Positions 11,052 through 18,452 of a DNA stretch of 64,000 nucleotides are shown one piece after another. Source of the DNA: a virus; the IMG/VR virus record IMGVR_UViG_3300009136_000002, positions 1 to 64,000 of that record. The stretch is one strand, 5' to 3'. A program made the translations under genes and the position numbers. Numbering within the stretch: the stretch's first letter is position 1; each line of letters starts with the position of its first letter. The notes beneath the pieces were generated by a model that saw nothing but the letters and a program-made list of their open reading frames with translations, searched no databases and had not been told where the DNA came from.

Positions 11052-11327
11052 ATGGAAGAAATAACTTTTGGCGGGTACGCCTTGCCAGTATTGTTATCCA
11101 TCCTCATGGGAATGTTCTTCAAGCTAGTCCCGATTGCAGACAGGTGGAAAGCCCTGATTACTATTGCCGCTGGTACAGGGCTCGGCATCCTTGCCATGTT
11201 TTATGCGGGTAAAGAGCCGACCTTTGTTAATTATGTGGACTATGCACTCTTTGGATTTATGTCGGGCGCTGGTGCGGTGGGTCTGTATGAGGGTGTTTAC
11301 AGAGTCGCAACTAACCCCAGGGTATGA
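11052..11327 (+). CDS. Holin-like protein (3 TM)
   Basis: 91 aa with three hydrophobic segments; last gene of the lysis cassette; GGAGGT RBS. Confidence 0.6.
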   Translation: MEEITFGGYALPVLLSILMGMFFKLVPIADRWKALITIAAGTGLGILAMFYAGKEPTFVNYVDYALFGFMSGAGAVGLYEGVYRVATNPRV

Positions 11328-11364
11328 AAAGAGGGGCTGGCGATCCGGCCAGCCCCTTTCCTTT
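11327..11364. terminator. Probably bidirectional intrinsic terminator
   Basis: AGGGGCTGGC-gatccg-GCCAGCCCCT flanked by AAAA and TTTCCTTT, between convergent genes. Confidence 0.75.
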
Positions 11365-12241
11365 AGAAGTTAGCGGCCTCTGGCAGATTCACAGGTCTTG
11401 GGATAGGACGACTTGCATTTGCTGTCTTGTTGAAATCTTTTTCATCGCTCTTGATGTGCAACGCTAGGCCAATGACATTATCTGTCTCAGGCATCGTGAC
11501 TCTCTGCTGTGTGTAGACGCACAGATCAACCAGTTTGCCCTTCTCAACCCTCTGCACCTTACCTGTCTTGTAGATCAGGTAATCATTCTTGTTGCCCTTC
11601 ACCAAGATCCTGCCTGTCTTAGCGTACATTTCAAGCTGTTCCCCACCGATCAATTCACCCAACAATACCTGGGCGACCTCTTCGGCAGTTTCTTTGCGCT
11701 CTTTTTCTTCCGCCGCCTTCTTTAATCGTTCCTGTGCCACTCTTTCGCGTTCCGCAACGGCCTCTGGAAGATCATACTGAGCCCGTTGCTGCTGGTACTG
11801 AGCTTCCCGCCGTGCATTCTCGCGCCGGACTTCCTCAAGCCCTGATTCATTGAGAAGGTACGCGGCCTGTTGGTGTTGATCCCGCTCATGCTCCATCCAT
11901 TGACCCCACACCATCTGTGGGAAATTGTAGGTTTCGGAATCAATCGTTGAAGTCGTGTAGCTGGTGTCGTCGCTATTCATCCAACTTGACCATGTTTGTG
12001 GCATATAGATCCTTTGCTGAGGAATTGTCACCCTCAGTTGAGCCTGATACATCATGCTCTGCTGTTGGGCTTGCGTCCGTAAATCAAACTGCGCCCCCTG
12101 GACGTACTGGCCCAATCCTGAATTCGTCCAGCTTGCCGTACCTTGCATACCGTAGGCTCCACCACCAGCGTAAGAGTTTGCCGTAGTGCTGGTCTGCGTT
12201 AAGTAGGAGCCCATTGCTGACGCTGTAAGGGAAGTAGCCAT
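11363..12241 (-). CDS. Hypothetical protein: low-complexity N-terminus, coiled coil, globular C-terminal domain with LC..P.D motif
   Basis: Start reassigned to ATG 12241, downstream of the 12258 stop; charged coiled coil then alpha/beta domain. Confidence 0.6.
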   Translation of the reverse strand: MATSLTASAMGSYLTQTSTTANSYAGGGAYGMQGTASWTNSGLGQYVQGAQFDLRTQAQQQSMMYQAQLRVTIPQQRIYMPQTWSSWMNSDDTSYTTSTIDSETYNFPQMVWGQWMEHERDQHQQAAYLLNESGLEEVRRENARREAQYQQQRAQYDLPEAVAERERVAQERLKKAAEEKERKETAEEVAQVLLGELIGGEQLEMYAKTGRILVKGNKNDYLIYKTGKVQRVEKGKLVDLCVYTQQRVTMPETDNVIGLALHIKSDEKDFNKTANASRPIPRPVNLPEAANF

Positions 12242-12257
12242 GCTTTTACCCGCCTGT

Positions 12258-12485
12258 CTAGCCCCCAGCGATAGCTGGGACGAGAATAACTTTTCCTGCT
12301 GACTTATCAAATGTTCCCATTGCCTCGGCTTTATCACCGTGTTTATCCACTCGAAATGCCTTGTATCCTTTCTTCTTGAGCGTATTGAATTGATCTTTCG
12401 CCGCACTAACCTCCTCACTCTTGTCAGGGTTCCAGATAGTTTTGATGTCACCTTCTGGCCCAAGCACTCTAAGTTCACCCATCAC
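12258..12485 (-). CDS. Small protein ending in di-glycine (...VPAIAGG)
   Basis: AAAGGAGGAG RBS; 75 aa; C-terminal GG. Confidence 0.7.
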   Translation of the reverse strand: MMGELRVLGPEGDIKTIWNPDKSEEVSAAKDQFNTLKKKGYKAFRVDKHGDKAEAMGTFDKSAGKVILVPAIAGG

Positions 12486-12498
12486 TCCTCCTTTCTTA

Positions 12499-12687
12499 TT
12501 ACCATCCTATTTTTTTGGAAAGCTGTGCGTCCCAGCCCCCCAGCCTCTTGAACCTAGCCTGGAAGTAGTCATACAATGGATCACGAAAACATTTACTACT
12601 GGTAGCAAATCTCCACAATCGAGCCATATCCTCGCGGCTCATTGCGTCGATCTCTGCCTTGCCTTTTGCTATCTCTTCATCCGTCAT
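12499..12687 (-). CDS. Hypothetical protein
   Basis: ATGA-coupled to upstream gene; same-strand operon. Confidence 0.55.
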   Translation of the reverse strand: MTDEEIAKGKAEIDAMSREDMARLWRFATSSKCFRDPLYDYFQARFKRLGGWDAQLSKKIGW

Positions 12688-12965
12688 TGAAGAGTCTCCG
12701 CCTCTTTCTCTTCGTCGTTGACGAACCCTTCAACATTTTCCAAATGTTTGGACATGGCCTTTTTAAGCATATCCAGCTTTTCCGATACTGCTCCCATGAA
12801 GAGTTTTTGTTCATACAGGTGTTCTATCATCGTATCAAGGTATTCTACTTCTCGCTCAATAAGGTCTGCTGTCATTTCAACGAGCAACTTCATACTTTCC
12901 GATGCTGCTCTCATTATCTCCATATAATCTTCGCTGTATTCATCCGTCATTCGTTTTTCTCCCAC
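12684..12965 (-). CDS. Acidic coiled-coil hypothetical protein
   Basis: Operon packing; helical acidic sequence; start may be ATG 12950. Confidence 0.5.
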   Translation of the reverse strand: MGEKRMTDEYSEDYMEIMRAASESMKLLVEMTADLIEREVEYLDTMIEHLYEQKLFMGAVSEKLDMLKKAMSKHLENVEGFVNDEEKEAETLQ

Positions 12966-13057
12966 ACAAATCTAGACGGTAAAAAAGTACCTGGAGCCGT
13001 GGTCTGCCACACCACCGCAGGGTTGCTCTTTGACAAGGAGAGGAGCCACGCAACTCC

Positions 13058-13450
13058 TCAACTCCGGCCTGATTCGGCCCCAGGCACATCGTCAATCCAT
13101 TTGCCTTCTACTAGCTCTGTTCTTACTGAATCTCCGTCAAAATGCTGTGTGCTGGCCTCGATGAATCTGCACCGCCGACCATAGCTCCTGAACCTGTGCT
13201 TGCTCCCTGGCAAGATCCTGATCGAGTCACCTTCTCTTAACAGGCGATTCGTTATGTTCCCTCTCTCGTCAACTGTGTCTAGCTCCAAGAGCCCTTCAAT
13301 GACCAGGAAGGTTTCATCCTTGACCCGATGATAGTGAAACTTTCCCTTGCTCGACCACAGACGAGCCTCACAGGTCAAGACCTTCATGCAGTACAGGTCA
13401 TTGTTGGTCACGATGCGCTCGTGGCCCCAAGTTTTTGCCTCTACTCTCAT
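13058..13450 (-). CDS. Cupin-fold protein (sugar isomerase/MPI-like)
   Basis: KTWGHE...FHYHRVKDETFLVIEG...GDSIRILPGSKHRF cupin motifs; start set at ATG 13450. Confidence 0.75.
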   Translation of the reverse strand: MRVEAKTWGHERIVTNNDLYCMKVLTCEARLWSSKGKFHYHRVKDETFLVIEGLLELDTVDERGNITNRLLREGDSIRILPGSKHRFRSYGRRCRFIEASTQHFDGDSVRTELVEGKWIDDVPGAESGRS

Positions 13451-13626
13451 GTGAACACCAATTTCAGGACTCGTCCAGCTACGCAGTAGACATAGTAGAG
13501 CGCCAGGAAGTAGATAACGCCCTGGAGGAGCCAGATCCCAATGAAACCGCATTTATCCAATGTGTTCTCCCGATGGTGAGGTGGGTATCAAGGTGGATTA
13601 TTCCACAAGGGCAAAGCTAAGTCAAC

Positions 13627-13968
13627 TTAATAGCCAGATGATTCAATATCTGCAGCCGGATCAACTGCCTCAGATTGGTTGTCTGTCTCCGGTACGGGCT
13701 CGAATGCGTCCTGTTCCCTGGCGGAACCCAACCCCCCTCCAGCGACACTCGGCCTCTCAGGGGCGCATTGTTCATCATAGGCCTTGTGGTGCTTGTTGTA
13801 TTCTTTCTCAACTGCCTGGGGATCTCGGATATACTCGGTAAGATCCTCGATCAGCTTATTTTTGGACGTATAGGCGAAGTTGGCACAGCCGACATTGACA
13901 ATAAATCCCCCGCTCCCTGCGGGTCTGATCTCAATGGTTCTCATGGGTTCCATTTTGAATTCCATCAT
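13627..13968 (-). CDS. Hypothetical protein
   Basis: AAAGGAG RBS; ATGA overlap with upstream gene. Confidence 0.55.
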   Translation of the reverse strand: MMEFKMEPMRTIEIRPAGSGGFIVNVGCANFAYTSKNKLIEDLTEYIRDPQAVEKEYNKHHKAYDEQCAPERPSVAGGGLGSAREQDAFEPVPETDNQSEAVDPAADIESSGY

Positions 13969-14162
13969 TTCTCCTTTCTGAATTTGTCTACCTCTGGACA
14001 GGTCGCGTGATGCGGCATATAGGATCTTGCCATCACCGCCTGACCCTCGGCGTTCATAATGATCCTGGTTTCACTCTTGGCATCGGCAGGAATGTTCTTG
14101 CCTCTGACCGTCTTGAACCAAAGGATACTGGCTCCACAACCTTTACAAGTTGACTCACGCAT
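13965..14162 (-). CDS. Small zinc-binding phage protein
   Basis: CKGCG...HHATC ligands. Confidence 0.6.
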   Translation of the reverse strand: MRESTCKGCGASILWFKTVRGKNIPADAKSETRIIMNAEGQAVMARSYMPHHATCPEVDKFRKEK

Positions 14163-14691
14163 AATACATATTCCTCAGTCTCGGTCTTGTTGGGCTCTCT
14201 TCTATATCAGCCAAAAATCTCTTTTCATCAAACTTCCTGAATCCTCGAAACGCTGGCATTCCCACGATCACAGGCCAGGGCTGTGGCAGCATCTTTAACC
14301 CTCCTCGAACCTGGGGCTCTGAGGAGTAGTCTGCCAAGTCCTCTACTTTGGCCGTAGTAGTTGCGTACAGGCCTCCAGGCTCCAGATTACCGCAACCGCG
14401 TTGTTCGGTCTGTATGTCCTGGGGATCGTCGATGTAGTAGATTTTTCCGCGTATCTCAGGCTTGAGATCCGTGGTGAGGAGTCCATAGATTTGCTCGACA
14501 AAAAAATAGGCGAACACAACTGGATCAGGTTCGCCTTTCTCTCTAGTAACGCAGTAAATCTTGTCTCCCCAATTCATCTTTTTTAGATCGCGCTTGGGAA
14601 CGCGGCGGGAGACACCCATCTTCTCGGCCTCTTGCATAAAAGACCGTGGGGAATAGTACACAGCCCCTACCCAATGAAGCCAAACAATCAT
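14155..14691 (-). CDS. Hypothetical protein, possible EVE/PUA-like domain
   Basis: MNWGDKIYCV...VFAYFFV resembles the EVE/ASCH core; GGAGGG RBS. Confidence 0.45.
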   Translation of the reverse strand: MIVWLHWVGAVYYSPRSFMQEAEKMGVSRRVPKRDLKKMNWGDKIYCVTREKGEPDPVVFAYFFVEQIYGLLTTDLKPEIRGKIYYIDDPQDIQTEQRGCGNLEPGGLYATTTAKVEDLADYSSEPQVRGGLKMLPQPWPVIVGMPAFRGFRKFDEKRFLADIEESPTRPRLRNMYYA

Positions 14692-14692
14692 A

Positions 14693-14962
14693 TTAACCCT
14701 CCAAGATTGCTTTCAATTTTTTCTGATCGTGATCCTTCCTGCTCCAATGCTTGACCTTTGCTTTTATCCTCAACTGTGCTGCATCCTGGTATTTATTCAA
14801 AAGGTCGATGAATTCAGTATAATCTCCCCACCCGCGCTCTTCACCTTGCGGGGGGTTACGATAGCATGGATCACAAAGAGCATATCGTGTAGTCTCGCGC
14901 TGGCAACGCCAACACGGATGGGGAGGATAGTGTGTACGTTTAACTCGCTTTCCAGCCCCCAT
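14693..14962 (-). CDS. Zinc-finger hypothetical protein
   Basis: CWRC...CDPC. Confidence 0.5.
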   Translation of the reverse strand: MGAGKRVKRTHYPPHPCWRCQRETTRYALCDPCYRNPPQGEERGWGDYTEFIDLLNKYQDAAQLRIKAKVKHWSRKDHDQKKLKAILEG

Positions 14963-14965
14963 AGC

Positions 14966-16576
14966 CTACCTGTTTGCTATGAAGTCTCCGATTATGGCTG
15001 GGGCGGCAGTATCAAAGCCAACTACGTCCATCATCCCACCATCGGTAGGATCTGCGATGGAAAACTCGTTGCTTGCCAGCCCAACGACGACTAGCTTGGC
15101 CGGAATATCCATCTTCCGGCGGTAGTCCTCAAGCGCCTGAACCGGATGAACCTTCCCAGCCCAGGTTTCATTATCGGTGTAGATCACGAAGGCATCGGCC
15201 TCGACCTTATTCTTCAAGGCCCAAAGCATAGGCAAGGCGCAATCAGTCCCGCCAAAGGGCATCCCCTGGCAATGCTTAATCACATCGTCAAGCCTCTGAT
15301 GCCTGGACATATTGATCTTGCGAAGCTCATGGGAGAAAGCCATGACCGCGCATTTCTCCTCGGTCTTGAATGTGACCATAGCCATCGCGCAAGCTCCGTC
15401 ACGAGGAGTAAGGTAGGGCATCCCATTGATCCCTTCCCAATCCATAGAGCTAGAAACGTCCAGGCCGATCACAATCCGCTTACCTGTGGGCTCAACATTT
15501 TCAAATGTCTTGTAGAATCCTGCATCCAGGGCATCCACAATATCCGGCACGGCATCCCAATCACCCTTTCCCAGGTAGCCGCGACCTTCGCCATAGATTT
15601 TAAGCGCAGCCAGGACGTTAATCGGATGAATGCGGGCCTCTCGCAACTGATTGGGACTAACGAGCCTGTCCCGAACCCTCTCAATTACGTCCCAATTCCC
15701 TGGAATCAAGAGGCCGACCTTACCCATGTTCCCCAGGTTCCGGATCATGGCGGTCATAGGCATCCTCTGGAGCAAGGCCTCCCATACGTCCTTCTCAGTA
15801 AGGAAGTCAGTAGGGATTGCCTCTCGCGGCAGATTGTAAAGCTGAATGAAGTTGACGATCTCATTCTTGTGCTTTGCTTTCTTGGCGTACTCGAATCCAG
15901 CCACGACATTCAGGGGGTGAGCCCCTCTCCATTTATCAGAGTTGGGAAGCTCAAGCTCCCCGCTCACGATCCATTTATACAGCGCATTCCTGTTTGCATC
16001 GTCGGTCTTGGGGTGAGACAGTCGGAGGAGATCCCTGTGGCTCCAGCCATCACGCTGCTGGTATTTCACGGCCTGATAAGCCAACTTCTCCACATCTTTG
16101 TCCTGATACCAATGCTTGACAGCATTGCGGAGTCCTCGACCCCACCCGCGAAAGGCCTTAACGTACTTGGCGAAATGGAACAGGTGCGTCCCGATCCGCG
16201 CTACCTTTGGCAGAGCGGCCAGGGCCATCGCTCGTGTCTCTTCATCACCCAGGCCAGCGCACATTGCCAGGACGAATAGGGCCGGATCATTCTTAGGGGC
16301 TCGTCCCTTAGTAGAAACGTCCACAACAGCACCGACAACTTTAGGGCCAGCCTTCTCGATCAAACGAGCAACGGCCTTTGCGCTGTCGATGGTTAGCTTG
16401 CGCTCTTTGATGTAGTAGGTTCCGCCTTCCGTTCCCAGCATCAGAAAGCGCATAAGCCGCTCTCCATCACCTACTGGAAACACATACCCACCCGCGCTAT
16501 CCCTTATCATCTGCTTGCCAGGAATCGGCTCGGTCTGTGGGGTTTCCTTTGTCTGAAAATGCTTGGTGTAGTCCAT
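14966..16576 (-). CDS. rsr: Ro60/Rsr ribonucleoprotein (TROVE + vWA domains)
   Basis: SAGGYVF, RFLMLGTEGGTYY, RGWGRGLR, KYQQRDGWSHRDLLRLSHP, MPMTAMIRNLG, vWA MIDAS DVSSSM, GGTDCALPM, YTDNETW, DVVGFD; AAAGGAGG RBS. Confidence 0.95.
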   Translation of the reverse strand: MDYTKHFQTKETPQTEPIPGKQMIRDSAGGYVFPVGDGERLMRFLMLGTEGGTYYIKERKLTIDSAKAVARLIEKAGPKVVGAVVDVSTKGRAPKNDPALFVLAMCAGLGDEETRAMALAALPKVARIGTHLFHFAKYVKAFRGWGRGLRNAVKHWYQDKDVEKLAYQAVKYQQRDGWSHRDLLRLSHPKTDDANRNALYKWIVSGELELPNSDKWRGAHPLNVVAGFEYAKKAKHKNEIVNFIQLYNLPREAIPTDFLTEKDVWEALLQRMPMTAMIRNLGNMGKVGLLIPGNWDVIERVRDRLVSPNQLREARIHPINVLAALKIYGEGRGYLGKGDWDAVPDIVDALDAGFYKTFENVEPTGKRIVIGLDVSSSMDWEGINGMPYLTPRDGACAMAMVTFKTEEKCAVMAFSHELRKINMSRHQRLDDVIKHCQGMPFGGTDCALPMLWALKNKVEADAFVIYTDNETWAGKVHPVQALEDYRRKMDIPAKLVVVGLASNEFSIADPTDGGMMDVVGFDTAAPAIIGDFIANR

Positions 16577-16600
16577 TTCGACCCTCCTTTCAGGGTAAGC

Positions 16601-16668
16601 GGGGCAAGGAGTGAGTAAGGGATCGTTTTCAATTAGCAGTTGAATGATAACCCTAGCTCTTCGGCCCC
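16601..16668 (-). ncRNA. Y-RNA-like module 5, carrying an anticodon-like stem-loop
   Basis: GGGGCCGAAG...AGGGTTATC / GATCCCT...CCTTGCCCC bulged-C stem; apical TTCAA-CTGCTAA-TTGAA. Confidence 0.75.
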
Positions 16669-16679
16669 TGGTTAAAAGT

Positions 16680-16738
16680 CGGGCAAGTAGCGAACCAGCA
16701 GCTTTTCCTGATTAGGGTAACGCTGGCTCTTCGGCCCG
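16680..16738 (-). ncRNA. Y-RNA-like module 4 (minimal, 59 nt)
   Basis: CGGGCCGAAGAGCCAGC...GCTGGTTCGCTACTTGCCCG; same terminal Ro-type stem. Confidence 0.7.
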
Positions 16739-16749
16739 TATAAAACTGA

Positions 16750-16858
16750 GTGGGCGAGTAGCGTCAAGGGATTGACCCCACCCTCGCGGGTGGCAGACCC
16801 TTTGTTGCTTAGGGGGTCTGTTAGGACTCGAACCTGATAACCCTTAACTTCGGCCCAC
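16750..16858 (-). ncRNA. YrlA-like Y RNA (module 3)
   Basis: GTGGGCCGAAG..AAGGGTTATC, T-arm AGG-TTCGAGT-CCT, looped acceptor-like stem CAGACCC/GGGTCTG, third hairpin CCACCC-GCGA-GGGTGG, then ..CTACTCGCCCAC; order matches YrlA. Confidence 0.8.
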
Positions 16859-16870
16859 GCATTTTCGAGT

Positions 16871-17000
16871 TGGGGAGAGTGGTGGGACTCGAACCCACGG
16901 CCTCGCCATTTGCATTGGATAACCCTTAGCCATCGACCCGCAAGCGGGTAAGGAGCGGAAAGGGAATTTTCGCGCTCTAACCGACTGAGCTACACTCTCC
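16871..17000 (-). ncRNA. tRNA/Y-RNA chimera (module 2): full cloverleaf with a 52-nt Ro-binding hairpin inserted in the anticodon stem
   Basis: GGAGAGTG/CACTCTCC-CCA acceptor, GCTC-AGTCGGTTA-GAGC D arm, CG^CCA-ATGCAAA-TGGCG anticodon arm, GTGGG-TTCGAGT-CCCAC T arm. Confidence 0.85.
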
Positions 17001-17005
17001 ATAGT

Positions 17006-17072
17006 TGGGCTAGGAATCATAGGACGGATTGGGGCAGGCGCGGCCTGCAGATAACCATCCTACTTCGGCCCA
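17006..17072 (-). ncRNA. Y-RNA-like module 1
   Basis: TGGGCCGAAGTAGGATGGTTATC...CCGTCCTA...CCTAGCCCA with GCAGGC/GCCTGC apical hairpin; starts right after the recT stop. Confidence 0.7.
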
Positions 17073-18452
17073 TTACTCTTGTTCTTGTGATACTCCAAAG
17101 GTTGTGAATTCCGTGTCAGGATCGGTAGCAAAGCAATGTGAGAAATAGCCTGTGTACCGTCCCATATACATTCGCTTAGTTAAAATGGCCCAATCGTGCC
17201 ATGCTTTGAGCTGTATCCCAGCACCCTTGACAAACTTATCAATCTCCAGGGTGCGCTCGATGCTTGCCAACTGACCATCTAGTTCTTCCGGCGTTGCTTC
17301 TTCCGGCTCTTGCCCTGCGCCAAAGAGCGGCGGCTGTGCTGGTGGTTCAACTGGCGGCTCAACTGGCGGCTCAACTGGCGGCTCAACTGGCGGCTGCGGC
17401 GGTGGATCGACCATACTGAGCGGGCCTGTTGGTTCCGGCGATGCGAATGAAGGCCTCGGCCACGGTGTTCCCCAAAAGCGTTTGTGCTTGTCGTCCAATT
17501 CCTTGAGAACAGGGCTATCCGGCGGTAATAGGCCCAGCCGGACGATGTTCTCTTCTTTTGCGAGGAACGTGGTGAAGCCACTCGTTCTCAACCCGAAAAA
17601 TTCTGCTATAAATTTTTCATCATCGGTTTCCGGTACAACTGGCGCTGGCGGTGGGGGCGGCACTATTGTATCAGCCAGCTTGTCCAGCCCTGTCTTTCCT
17701 GGTTCCTCGATAATCTCGCCTGTTTGTAAGTCAACGCCACTAATTACATCTAGTTGCTGATCTATCCCTGCCTCCGCTCTTTCGTCGAGACTCACGGCCA
17801 GGGACAGGGAATTGTCCACGACTGAGGACGGTAGGTACTTGACGCTGTGCCTAATTGCTGTCTTTAAGGCCATTGCATCAAAGTCTGTTACCCAGGGGCC
17901 GGATCTTCCCGCTGGTGAGCGTTGCTGAACCGCCTTGATGTGGCTCATTGGGAGAACCCTGAATTGAAACCCACCTTCCTTGTAAAATGCGATACAGTAA
18001 GCTGCTACCTGATCTCCGCGATCATGCTCCTCGTATGCTGGCTTGTGATGAATGTGGGGGTTAGATCCATGCTCGTAACTGAAACTATCTTTGGCATAGA
18101 CTATGTGAGCCTCGATGTTCCGAAACTTGCCGGATCTCATAGCCAAGTCGATCAGACCCATATACCCTGGGATAAACGTGACCTTCTTGGCAAAGGGAAC
18201 CAAATGCGCCATATTTCTGACTCCATCCGGCTCCAGCCCCAACTGAGCGCACGTTAAGACCGCAGACAGTAAGCTCTGAGGCGTACAGTCCAGTAGCCCA
18301 GGCGTTAGCTGCACGGAGGTCATAACGATCCGGCTGAACCTGTCCACTCCGATCTGTTTTGGTAATGCAGCCGTGAGGGATTTTGAATGCTGATGGAGGA
18401 GCTGCTTTACCGATTGGATCTTGGTCTGTTGTGTCGTAAGTTGTCCGGTCAT
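17073..18452 (-). CDS. recT: RecT-family single-strand annealing protein with Pro-rich C-terminal extension
   Basis: ALPKQIGVDRF, CTPQSL, QLGLEP, AHLVPF, GYMGLIDLAMRSG, PWVTDFDAMALKTAIR; ATG 18452 overlaps the yqaJ stop. Confidence 0.9.
   Translation of the reverse strand: MTGQLTTQQTKIQSVKQLLHQHSKSLTAALPKQIGVDRFSRIVMTSVQLTPGLLDCTPQSLLSAVLTCAQLGLEPDGVRNMAHLVPFAKKVTFIPGYMGLIDLAMRSGKFRNIEAHIVYAKDSFSYEHGSNPHIHHKPAYEEHDRGDQVAAYCIAFYKEGGFQFRVLPMSHIKAVQQRSPAGRSGPWVTDFDAMALKTAIRHSVKYLPSSVVDNSLSLAVSLDERAEAGIDQQLDVISGVDLQTGEIIEEPGKTGLDKLADTIVPPPPPAPVVPETDDEKFIAEFFGLRTSGFTTFLAKEENIVRLGLLPPDSPVLKELDDKHKRFWGTPWPRPSFASPEPTGPLSMVDPPPQPPVEPPVEPPVEPPVEPPAQPPLFGAGQEPEEATPEELDGQLASIERTLEIDKFVKGAGIQLKAWHDWAILTKRMYMGRYTGYFSHCFATDPDTEFTTFGVSQEQE
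17351..17395. repeat. 12-bp tandem repeat CTGGCGGCTCAA, about 3.7 copies (encodes VEPP repeats in RecT)
   Basis: Read directly from the sequence. Confidence 0.85.

Noticed and set aside
11363-12478. 371-aa ORF as given in the track
   Set aside because: Its first ~79 codons overlap the GG-protein gene, which has the strong RBS; real start is more likely ATG 12241; no slippery site seen
15146-16279. 377-aa + strand ORF opposite ro60, and similar antisense ORFs opposite other large genes
   Set aside because: Shadow frames of well-supported genes; no motifs or RBS
16700-16720. Anticodon-like loop CTAATCA in Y module 4
   Set aside because: Only a 2-bp closing stem and C at position 37; a CCT-AATC-AGG tetraloop is equally plausible
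16919-16970. Group I or archaeal BHB intron in the tRNA-like unit
   Set aside because: Only 52 nt, no group I core, no clear bulge-helix-bulge; the sequence matches the Ro-binding stem instead. No RtcB ligase in the window
16871-17000. Ordinary tRNA-Cys or tRNA-His gene, or attP remnant
   Set aside because: Insert in the anticodon stem, A32 and conflicting identity elements; no integrase in the window
16601-17072. CRISPR array interpretation of the repeated GGGCCGAAG/CTTGCCC motifs
   Set aside because: Repeats are degenerate paired stems enclosing structured variable parts of unequal length; no cas genes; adjacent to ro60
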